Assembly (NCBI GenBank): GCA_016906335.1
Contig: JADEYG010000002.1
Coordinates: 1,488,001 to 1,552,000, forward strand
Origin: Novakomyces olei
Taxonomy: Eukaryota
DNA length: 64,000 bases
Direction of reading: 5' to 3'
Under the pieces are notes generated by a model that was given only the letters and a program-made list of their open reading frames with translations, was not told where the DNA came from and made no database searches. Shown here in pieces: positions 35,801 to 48,944 of this stretch (within the stretch, counting starts at the first letter, position 1; every line of letters begins with the position of its first letter). Both the position numbers and the translations under genes were made by a program.

Positions 35801-37208
35801 TTTATATCGGTGAGGGTTTAATAATTTATAAATTATAAAGAAGTTACCAAGAAAAAGGCGTCTAATCAGTCTAGAGGTCGAGAACACGGGTCTGTCCACT
35901 CAGTTTTACGACAAGTTCAACATTCGATACCACATTTCTCACGTGCTAAAGGCCATCTGGCACAATCCGACCTACCGTGATCAACTTGAGCGGGAGAGCC
36001 AGTAAGTGTTTGCTAATGGATAATATTGAGGAATTATTGCACGATACTGCTTATTTGGTCGTGATTTTTTTCTTTTGATATTCTCATACGCGGATTTATC
36101 TTTATTTTATCAATTTGTTTTTTTAACACGCTCAAAATTATCGTTTGTAACAACCGTATCTATCGCCATAAACATTTCCTCATTGCTCTGTTCCCGTTGC
36201 TTCTAACACGCAGTAATAACATTGACTTTTTCGTTCGGTTTGTGGCGTTAATGCTGAATGACGCGACCTATTTGCTGGACGAAGCACTAGGCAAAATGGC
36301 AGAAATACACAAATTACAGCAGGAAATCGGACAGGCGCAACGAAGCGGATTGAACGCGATGGACGAGCAAACGCAGGAAAGGCAAAGGAACCTTCTGTCG
36401 CTGGAGAGGCAGGCGACCTCCTACAATCAGCTCGGGTCAGAAACTCTGGAACTGCTTCGAATGTTTACGGATAGTATTCCAGATGCCTTTGTCACTCGAG
36501 AGATTGTGGACAGACTGGCGGCAATGATGGACTACAATCTCGAGGCACTTTGCGGTCCTCGATGTACGGGCTTAAAAGTCAAAGAACCCAGGAAATATCG
36601 GTTTGATGCAAAGCAATTGCTGTCTACCCTAGTTGAAGTTTATCTTAATTTACGTACAAAGCCTGGATTCATTCTAGCCGTTGCTAGAGACGGCAGATCG
36701 TATCGTAAGGAAACGTTTGAAAGAGCAATAAGTATCCTGCAACGCCATGGATTCCGATCACGCTCCGATATCGAGGCACTTGGAAGCCTTGTCGAACAGA
36801 TTGAAGAGGCTAAAGCTCAAGATGAACAAGGCGAAGAAGAACTGGGCGACGTTCCGGACGAGTTTCTCGATCCTCTCATGTACACAATTATGGAGGACCC
36901 GGTTATTCTACCGGGTAGCAAAGTTTCTATTGACAGATCGACTATTAAATCGCACTTGCTTTCAGACTCGACTGATCCTTTTAATCGGGCTCCATTAAAG
37001 TTTGCCGATGTCATCCCGAGTATGCTTAATAATCCCTAATTTAGGGGTCCTCTTTTTAATTTTCTGTTTTTGCATTACATTTATCTTTTCCAATTTTTAT
37101 TGCATTTTGGTCATGTTTTTTTAAATGAGCCTAACGAGTATAGACGACGAGCTGAAAAAACAAATTGAAGATTTCCGATCGTCGAAAAAGAGACAGCCCG
37201 CACATTGA
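32873..37208 (+). CDS. UFD2: U-box E4 ubiquitin chain-elongation factor Ufd2, 11 exons, ~1071 aa
   Basis: Exons 32873-32890, 32953-33360, 33415-33722, 33816-34161, 34206-34307, 34494-35191, 35280-35378, 35571-35809, 35875-36001, 36214-37019, 37144-37208, with consistent phases. Motifs [31 protein letters not shown], and U-box [18 protein letters not shown]...DPFNRAPL. Confidence 0.95.
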
Positions 37209-37549
37209 TCAAGTAGGAGTCTGCAGACACATTCTGATGATATGGAGGAGCATCAGTGCATTCGCAAAGATTCTTTATAGATTCTATAATGCAATTACAA
37301 TTTCAAATGAGTATAATATTGAAAAAATAATATATGCGGAATTCCATAGCTAATGACACATTGTATCGTAACATTGTTGCGCAACTAAATCGTTGGAAGA
37401 ATGGCAGCAATGAGCACCAGCAGGGTACGAAGCAAACATAAAGGATGAGACAAGGAAAACAGTATGGCACGACGAGACAGATTATGGAAAATCAAAATAA
37501 AAGGAAATATAATTAAAGAGGAAATTAATCAACACCGATTCCACCCGTT

Positions 37550-38640
37550 TTACAAAATGACGCACTTCTTTTGCTTATTTCCCGGCTTATGCTTCAACAT
37601 GGCAGCGCGTGTGGCGTGCTCAAAAACTTCTCTTACACCCTCGCCCGTTCTAGCAGAACATTCAAGGTACTTGAAAGCTCCTATTTTCTGGGCTACAGCC
37701 TCGCCCTATATTTAGTTAGTAAATTTCCCCTAATTTTCATATTTTAAAAAAAATTTCCATCAAGTATATACCTCCTGTGGCGTAACCGGGCTCTGCGAGG
37801 TTTTACGGAGCTCTTCAATAGTCTTTTGATCAAACCGTAAATCCTTCTTGCAGGCAACAAGGAGAATAGGAAGATTAGAGCAGAAATGCAGCACTTCCGA
37901 AATCCACTAAAAGACGGTCAGTATTAATGTTGAAGCGATTAAAGTGACGAACCTTCTCCTGCACGTTGTCAAGCGAATCCGGAGAGTCCACGGCAAAGCA
38001 GATCAAGATCACGTGAGAATCCGGATAAGAAAGCGGGCGCAGACGGTCATAGTCTTCCTGACCCGCAGTATCCCAAAGGGCCAGCTCTACATGCTTTCCG
38101 TCTACCTCAACGTCGGCGACATAGTTCTGGATTTTAGTATTAGCAAAAGTTAAAAAGTCCAGGGCGGATATGAGTGTATCAAACAGGCACAATAAGAAAC
38201 AACGATAGAAAGACAAAAGAAAAGAGCCAAAAGAAAGGAACCAAAAGAAGGAGCAAGGAAGCAGACATACCTCGAACACGGTGGGCACATAGACCTCTGG
38301 GAATTCACCTTTTGAAAACACACTATAATCGTCAGTATTGAAAAGAGCAAAGCTGGGTATATTGGGGCCAAGGAGCCAAGAGAATAAGATTTAACCAAGG
38401 AGACAAGAAAAATGGCAGAGATAAATGGCAACTATAAATAAGATTCCGCCTCCTTGAAAATATAAAGCCAAGCTGAGTATCTTCAAGTAACTTGTCTCCA
38501 GGACGTGTAAAAGTAAACAATTTCTCCAGCAAAACGAAAATAATAGAGAGGAAAGGGTATAACGCGTACATCAACAAACAGGTTTTCCCGCAGGCACCAT
38601 CGCCCACAATAACGAGCTTGCGTCTCAACTCGGTCGTCAT
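37550..38640 (-). CDS. RHO1: Rho1 small GTPase, 5 exons, 195 aa
   Basis: Exons 38640-38570, 38322-38271, 38126-37953, 37906-37772, 37705-37550. Motifs [35 protein letters not shown] and CAAX box CVIL. Confidence 0.97.
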
Positions 38641-39663
38641 TATGAACGGGTCAAAGGTAATGAGTTCTCAAATGAAATAAGAAAGAATGAGGACTGTTTC
38701 AGCGTGTGAAATTTCAAATTAAAAGGCAAACGCGGCAAAAAGAGTTCCGTCTTGTGAGCTTATTGATCCGTGTTTCTTGGGGGTTATTTGCTCAAATTTC
38801 GCGTTTATCCGCAAAATCAAATATAAGTCTTATTGGTTAGTCGTAGTAGACTGTATGACGCGCGCGCGACTAGCTGCTTGCTCGCTGGCTCGTCCTCCGC
38901 GCGCGGCTTCGTGGCGGATCAAGAGAGAAAATGTACCTATTTGTTTTTTTTGTTTTATTCTTTTTTTACGTTACTTGTTCCACACTATTCTCAGTGTTGT
39001 TTTATTGATGTGTATGTTTTGCACGCACGATTTATACAGAAATCAACAATAACTAATACGATAGGTAATAATCACACTAAAACAACAGTAGGGTTTAATA
39101 GGGATTTCAAGTATAATTACGCCAGTGACGAACAAATCCCTTATTTATTCCATACAGATTTCTTTACTTACATCGTCTCGCTTACGGAGCATTTGGGCCG
39201 GTATATAGTGAAAGTCGTGAATAAAAATCGTGAATAAGAATAGTGAATAAAAATGGCGAATAAAAATCGTACACACTCTGTTTCGTGACGACAAATCAAT
39301 AATTAATTAATTACCATTAAAGAATGCAATTGTGAAATAGTGGAGAGCTTGGCGCAGAAAAGCATATTTCATTCCGGAACCGATCCTCATTTTACTATGG
39401 AACATTTGTGGATAGACTGTCCTGTCTAGTTTACCTTTTTGTACTCTATGAAATAGATTCTAATCCAAAGTATTTTTCAATCATATAGATTTTTATCTGG
39501 ACATTTCTGTCTAATTTCCGGCAGCACGGTCTGCGCTTCTATTGCAGTAAAGATGACGCCTATCATTACAAATACTCCGTGTATACTATCTGACGTACAG
39601 ATGCTGCTTCTAGTACGTAGAATCTCGCAGTAGAATTCTAGCAGAAACAACCAAAACACTAGG

Positions 39664-40783
39664 CTAGACATCGTTTTCTGGTACCCGCTTGAGTCTTTCA
39701 GGAACGATAGCACTAGTTCGGCCTCCTACAGTAATAAACTCGATAGCTTCGCCACTTGGAAGAGCCACTTTGCCTTTGCTGCTCTTTTGCTTCTGCCATC
39801 TGTGATTGAATAGCCAGGAATCTGGAAACCTAGCAGCCTCGGCACCCACGCGTAACGATTCCTTAATCACATGCTCAATACTGTCGTGTATACGCAACGT
39901 CTCCTTTTGACTCAACGTCGAGCCTTTACGCTCGGGGTGAATCGATGCCTGGAAAAGTACTTCATCCCTAAATTATCGGAAATGACACGCATAGAGATAA
40001 TGTTAGTCTTTGTCAAATTTGCTGAAAACGACTGGGAGTATGTGTAGCACATTGACCCTTTATCTCTATTTCAAACCCATTTCCTATCTCTAAAAAAAAG
40101 AACTAAATCATAATAAAAAAACTGCAGCAAACTTACGCTACCCAATTGCCTATGCCAGCAATAACACGCTGATCAAGCAGGATAGCTTTAACCGGAGCTT
40201 TCCGCGTCGTCAGCATTCGATGCAGCCTTTCTGCGGAAGGCAATTCGTCAGCGGCGTCTGGTCCAAGTTCAGCGATAGGCGCCACGTCGCGCACGTTCGT
40301 ATGGATTAAAAAAATACGGCCGAATCTCCGTTTGTCTATGTATGCAATAGACTTTTCTGATCCCTGAGCAGTGAATACTGCCTTGTAGTATTTCGGCGGC
40401 CATTCGTTCACGTCATCGACGCGTACATCGGCGACGGGAACGGGCTCGGCGCCCTTAACCCTAAACCAGCCAGCCATTCCAAAGTGCATTACGACATGCG
40501 GGGGCGATTCCATGACCAGCCTTTGCACCAATTAGTTTGCAAAAGACGTAATGCAACGTACCAGAAATACTTTCCGTGCCTGCCGGTGCCGACGCAGCGT
40601 CTGCCATCGAGTTCGCTTGCAAACTGCTCGTTACTGCAGTTGGCGAATACTTTTGCATCTACCACCTTTTGTGTCAGCGCAAATTTCAATAAGGCAGTGT
40701 ACCGATTCTATTTGGAGAATAGCGCCTTTGAGAACACGCTCAAATTCTTGACGGGCCCGCTCTACTTCGGGCAATTCCGGCAT
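39664..40783 (-). CDS. FPG: Fpg/MutM-family DNA glycosylase (plant/fungal zinc-less type), 4 exons, ~290 aa
   Basis: Exons 40783-40703, 40665-40562, 40520-40137, 39967-39664. Catalytic N-terminus MPELPEVE, GRHGKYFW, HFGMAG, DKRRFGR, H2TH LLDQRVIAGIGNWVA|DEVL, zincless finger TVGGRTSA. Confidence 0.92.
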
Positions 40784-40894
40784 TAGAGGCTCGTGGCAAT
40801 GTCAGCGTCTTCATTCTACACTACAAATAAACGATAGGCGATATTGCTCAAGTGTGCGTTGTAGTGAAGTATTATGGAGCCCGGTTTATTGGGC

Positions 40895-40908
40895 TAGGGT
40901 TAGGGTTA
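40895..40908 (-). promoter_or_regulatory. TAACCCTAACCCTA putative Tbf1/Teb1 site ~110 bp upstream of the Fpg gene
   Basis: tagggttagggtta on the plus strand. Confidence 0.5.
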
Positions 40909-41221
40909 ACAAGGATTGCGGGTAGTTTGGAAAACCCTGGACTTGAGGTTTGAGGCAAATAACCATCCCAAAATGTGCCGTAGATAATGTAGTAGCGTGA
41001 GATAATCTAATAGTATCCGCTGAGTGTGATTCAGCTGTGGACATGGGTTAATTTGTTTTTTTTACAGGAAAACTCGTACGCATTCTGCTCATTCTACATT
41101 TCAATTTGTATACATTTACGTAAACGAGACCGCTTTTGTAGGGACCACCTTCCTCTGTGTGCTCCGGTCCATATTTCCTGCACGGGGTATTCCTATTAGA
41201 TCTCCATCCCATCAATCTCTA

Positions 41222-43538
<2,317 letters not shown>

Positions 43539-43564
43539 CAAAACGGTGATTGGCAGTTTGAGGA

Positions 43565-43960
43565 TTTATTAATTTAAATAATTAAAAATAATAAAAAATA
43601 TTTAAAAATATTTAAAAATATTTAAAAATAATTAAAAATAATTAGAAACGAATTAATAGAAAATGAAGAATAGATAATGAAGAATAGATAATGAAGAGTA
43701 GATAATGAAGAATAGATAATGAAGAATAGATAATGAAGAGTAGAATACTCCATTAAAAGTGAATAAATAGATAATGAATACTAGAAAATGAATAAATAAA
43801 AAATAATTAGAAACGAATAAAAAAAAATGAATAAATAAATAACAAATGAATAAATAAATAACAAATGAATAAATAAATTACAAATGAAAAAATAAATAGA
43901 TTATGAATACTGGAAATAAATAATACTAAATACAGATTATAGATAATAAAATTTAGCGAC
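43565..43960. repeat. AT-rich island with tandem TTTAAAAATA, GAAGAATAGATAAT and AATAAATAAATAACAAATG units in the divergent DHX35/ABC1 promoter
   Basis: Directly visible. Confidence 0.9.
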
Positions 43961-44024
43961 AAATAGACTATAGAGCATTAGACAGATAGATACATGCAAC
44001 TTTGACACGACAGGTTTGCCTCGA

Positions 44025-46443
44025 ATGGTCCGGCTTACAAGTTGGTTTCACCACGGCGCAAACAGTCTACTTTTGCTGCGAGCAAAAGCGGCGGCGGGAC
44101 CTGTTCGGCCGCTGAGCTGCCGAGCACGTGTTGCTCTTCTACGCGGCCACGATCGGCCTCTGATCGGCCTCCGTTCTGTGGGCACAAGCGGCACGAGCGG
44201 CACAGAGCGGCACTTCTCATCACGGACCCGTCGGCTTTTGATTTGGGGCGCAGGTTCAGTCATAGTCTTTGGCATCAGCTATGCCGACAACGACCACGAA
44301 ACGGCTCAATTTGCTTTCCATGCGGTCACTAGGACAGCGCGAGTCGCTTCAGGCCTGGCTTTTTGCTGTCTGCGCTACTATCGTGCTCTGAACGCGCACT
44401 ATGACTCGCCCGATGCACGCGAAGCGGCTATGAGCCAGTGCCATCGCGACTGCGCAGAGCGGACAAAGGAAACGTTTGAAAAGAACGGAGGCATGTACCT
44501 TAAACTGGGCCAGCATTTGAGCGCAATGGCGTACCTTATACCAATGGTAGGCCTGGTTGCTGATACCGTCTAACGCTTAAAGGAATGGGTCGATGTAATG
44601 AAAGACTGCCAGGACCGGTGCCCTGCTTCGTCTGTTGCAGATATTGCAGAAATGGTAAAACGCGATCGTGGACAGTCGCTGGATGATCTCTTTTCCCAGT
44701 TTGATCCTGTTCCGCTTGGGTAGGTTACAATTGAATTCTGAATGGCGGTTTTGAGTCTTTTTAATTGATGATTTTAATTGATGATTTTAATTGATGATTT
44801 TAATTGATGATTTTAATTGATGTCTTTAATTGACTATTTTCAATTGATCTTTTTAATTGATCTTTTCAATTGATCTTTTTAATTGACTCTTTTTAATTCT
44901 ATAGTGTGGCGTCTTTGGCTCAAGTTCACCGAGCTGTTTTGCGCGATACAGGAAGCGAGGTTGCCGTTAAACTACAGCACCCGGCTCTGCAGCAGTACCT
45001 CCCGATTGATATGGCACTAGCTCGGAATACGTTTGCTATTATCAAATGGATGTTTCCGGATTTCAGTCTCATGTGGCTCAGTGACGAGATGCAGATCTCG
45101 CTTCCCCAGGAACTCGATTTCCGTCGAGAGCGTGTAAACGCTCTGCTGACCAAGCAGCATTTTGCATCGATTAAGGGATCAAGTTTGTATATTCCTAATG
45201 TGCATTGGGCCGAGAAACGGATCCTCGTCATGGAGTGTAAGTGCTTTGCGTACCTAGATTTATTTCAGCATAAATTCAGTATATGTCAATGCTGGGTGCC
45301 CTTGGACGTTTGCTTGAAATTATTTTTGGAGAGTTTTGTATTCATTTTATGTTTTTAGTTTCAATAATTCTGCTTTTTATGTTTGTATTTGGGTTTTCTT
45401 TTGCGCATGTATTAATAATGCTAGTTGTACGTGGTATGCGCGTCGACGACACACAAGCAATCGATGCGGCAAATATATCTCGGGATCAAGTTAGTGCAGA
45501 ACTCTCCCGTATTTTTAATGAGATGATCTTTGGTACTTCTGGCCACTTGCATTGCGACCCGCACGGAGGAAACGTTATGATGTGAGCAATTGTTTTAATA
45601 GAGACTAGTTCACTAATGCTCTTTAGCCGCCGCAAGGTCGAACCTTCTAACTCTGCTTACAACTTTGAAATTATCCTTCTCGACCACGGATTGTATCGCG
45701 AAATCCCCAAGCAGTTCAGACGGTCTTACGCAAAGCTTTGGCTAAGTGTAATAGATTTTGACGAGGCCAAACTTGCCAAATATGCAAAAGAGACGGCTAA
45801 TATCGACGAAAAAGACGTAATTCTCCTTACAAAAATACGTCACTAATTCTTTAAAGGTCCCTGTTTTTATTAGCGCCATTACGGGACGAGACTACAAAGT
45901 GCTTCGGCGCTCTGTCACAGCGGCCAGAAGTAAAGAAGAGTATAATCATATTCAGGAGGCCGTGAGCAATGGACTGATTAAGAAAATCGTCCAATTACTT
46001 GCACACATGCCGCGCTTATTGTATGCTCAACAAGGCAAACGCGACCTTCTTTCTTTTGTTTGTTCTATTATCAATTATAACCCCTCGATTCGCTTTTCTC
46101 TTTTTCCGCTTTTTATGATTTAATTATCAATTTCTAATTCCTATAATTCTAACAAATCAGACTCCTCCTTTTAAAGACTAATGATCTTACTCGGTCGCTG
46201 GATGAAAGTCTTCACACCCGCACGGGTTTGGAACGTGTTTTTATTATAATGGCCAAATACTGCAACTGGGCAGTATTTGACGAAACAAGGGAAAATGCAA
46301 CTAAAAAGCTGCACAAGAGTTATTTCGCATGGCCGCAGGCGCTTTGGAGCTTGCTAGAGGGCTATTCGTCTTACGCCTATACCATGACCAAGCTGTCTTT
46401 GGCTGAAGCGTACATCGTTGCGCGAGCATTGTACTTAAATTAG
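44025..46443 (+). CDS. Mitochondrial ABC1/UbiB atypical kinase (ADCK1/Mcp2-like), 7 exons
   Basis: Exons 44025-44546, 44583-44719, 44905-45236, 45425-45581, 45627-45816, 45857-46020, 46161-46443. Motifs KLGQ, G|VASLAQVH, VAVKLQ, ELDF, HCDPHGGN, LLDHG and LKTND. Arg/Ser-rich presequence. Confidence 0.92.
44758..44898. repeat. (TTAATTGATGATT)n and variants inside ABC1 intron 2
   Basis: About 11 degenerate 12-13 bp units. Confidence 0.9.
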
Positions 46444-46563
46444 TGATATCCCGGATAGAGATGATAGTAGCATTTACAGTGCACTATTGCGACAAGGCAC
46501 TATTACATATATATATATTGTATTCGTTATCATGCAAGAAAACCATCTCCTGTAGCGAATCGA

Positions 46564-46754
46564 CTAATTTTCCGCCATCATTATATACTCTCGTGAAGAA
46601 TCTCCAAACTGTATCATGTCCTGATTGAGCAGTTCCACATACCGCGAGCCCGGAATCTGATTACCGTTTACAAGCGTTCCGTTTGAGGAGTCAAGGTCGA
46701 TGATATACGGTCTGGAGAATGGTCAGAAAAAGATTCGATAATCGACGAGATTGA

Positions 46755-46849
<95 letters not shown>

Positions 46850-47447
46850 ACAAATAAGTGAAAAGCGACCTGACTTTTGCAGGCCCAACAGGCGAAAAAA
46901 AAAAACATTGATCCACTTACTTTACAGCCTTCAGCTTGTCGCCAAACTCATTTTTTGTCATAATCTCACGAAATTGTACAGCTGCATGCTGTTTTGAGCA
47001 TGAGCTATGATCAAGCGGCACATCGACAACCTGCCGATCTCGCCCAAACAGAAAAGCACTCTGTCCGTATAATTTAATCATATCTGCAAAAGTCAGGCGC
47101 ATGAAATAGCTAATTATCGGCAAATTCCTACCAATTTCCTTGCCCTGCTTGAATACAAAAAGTCTCCATTTGCGTGTAGGCTTACGAGCCTCTGCCGGCT
47201 CATTATACTTTAAAACTACGCCTTTGTACGTATTGGTCTCGGCCGCGAGAGCTCCTGACAAGCCATAATTTGGTTTCTGTTTCTCGCGAGGCCTTTCAGC
47301 TTGAGCGGCTGATGAGTCTGTCCTGCTCCGATCGCGACCGTCTGAGTCTCCTTTAGAGCGCGAAGGAGACTGCGACCGTTCGCGTGCGCTCTGAAACCGC
47401 CAATGTTCCGAACGCGACGGCTCCCGTTGCCGTCCTTCATTGCTCAT
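46564..47447 (-). CDS. PML1: FHA-domain RES-complex subunit Pml1/SNIP1, 3 exons
   Basis: Exons 47447-47132, 47083-46921, 46711-46564. RS-rich N-terminus, KPNYGLSGALAAETN, LKYNEPAEARKP, GRDR...HSSCSKQHA, K|PYIIDLDSSNGT. Start codon uncertain. Confidence 0.9.
46754..46857. repeat. (AAAT)n microsatellite inside Pml1 intron 2
   Basis: About 24 near-perfect units. Confidence 0.95.
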
Positions 47448-47818
47448 TAGGGGCAACGCTTGATCTGTAATCTGCAGTAATATATTATTTTATCGAATTT
47501 AATTGTAATATTCTGAATTCTTGTAATTATCATTCTGCACACAGTATTGCTTGTAAAAATGTGATATGGAGTCGGCGGACGGTCGGGAGCAGAGCGCCAT
47601 AGACGCTCGCCACGTTCGTGCCGGAGCCGGAAGGTATTGTGTGGGTTACGCGACAAATTTATGGTACATTTGATATGGAAAAATGATTTAAAAACGCTTG
47701 CAAAGTTGCCTGCTATTCGCTTCGTAGCGTGTGTCTTTTGTGGTGACAGCCACAGCTACTAATTCTTACGGAGTAAACGTCTCCTTCTGAGACGCGCTTG
47801 GCCCAAAATGCTTCCGGG

Positions 47819-48400
47819 CTAGACTTGATCGTTATCAATGTCATTGTAGCCCTGCTGCTCTTGCATGCTCGGCGGTTTCTCAAACTGCGGCATAAACTCG
47901 CTAGCTACGATAAAGTTAGCCAGACTCTAGTAGATGTGTGGGAGAAGCAATACCGATAAACGCAATCGCAATCACGAAAAGCGCAACAGACAAGAGTGTG
48001 CGAAACACGCCTTCTGACAGGAGAATCGCGGCACTTTGCAAGTACAAAAGGCCGCGGCCCAAGAAGGAAAAGAAAAAGTTGGCATAACGTTCCAGCGGCG
48101 GTGGAGGGCTAGTAAACTCTAAACAGGTTAGAATCATATAGCTCAGACGCAATTTACCCAGTCCAGCAGCAATGCCTCCAAATACAAACAGGAAAATGGA
48201 GAGGAGAGAGTTTTGGCTGCACATAGTGTTAGCAATTGATCCAACTATTTGGGAGAACAGCAAACGGCGACATACACACTGAACAAGAAAAACTGGGTCA
48301 GAGCGCCAGTGACCATTATACCACCAGCGGCAAGGTTGAGAATCTTGAAAATCTGGGCATTGCCGGACAGCGGCTGGAGGAAGCCTTGCAAGTCAGCCAT
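47819..48400 (-). CDS. TVP15: Golgi/COPI-associated membrane protein Tvp15, 4 exons, ~144 aa
   Basis: Exons 48400-48276, 48216-48158, 48118-47954, 47904-47819. Motifs IFKILNLAAG, L|EF, RYANFFFSFLGRGLLY and EKPPSM. Confidence 0.8.
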
Positions 48401-48944
48401 CTCGAGATCGTTGGTTGCCGTTAGTATATGGGAGGTTTGCCCATGCGCAAAATAATGTTAATATATTATTTGTATGTGTGAGCTGTACAAGTAGAGGGCG
48501 AGTAGAGTGACGGGGCCCGTGGCTCTATTTATGAGAAGTGGCTGGCCAGCCGTGCGTGGCGTTCAAGTAATTTATCTAGTGTAGGAGTGCGCTAATATAG
48601 CGGGAAGAAAGCAGTATACTAATTCAATATTCGACTAATCAAATTAGTGCGAGTTTTGCGTTTTGTATATAATTATGCCTATAAATCGAGCCAATTCCGC
48701 CTCTGCAAACTCTGTAATCACGTGTAAAGGATCGCGATAAATAAGAAATACAATAGTAGATTAAAAAATAATAATAATAAAAATAAAAATAACGAAAAAC
48801 ATAATAAATAAAATAATAAATAAATAATAAATAAATAAATAAAATAATAAATAAAATAACAAATAAAATAACAAATAAAATAATAAATAAAATAAACAAT
48901 CAATGCCCCTGATTAAATCGCCGCAAAAGCATGGCTGAAGCGTG

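Noticed and set aside
48401-48488. Possible 5' UTR intron of TVP15 (perfect TACTAAC on the minus strand)
   Set aside because: Only a weak GTACAG donor and a GAG acceptor are available. Unsupported without transcripts.
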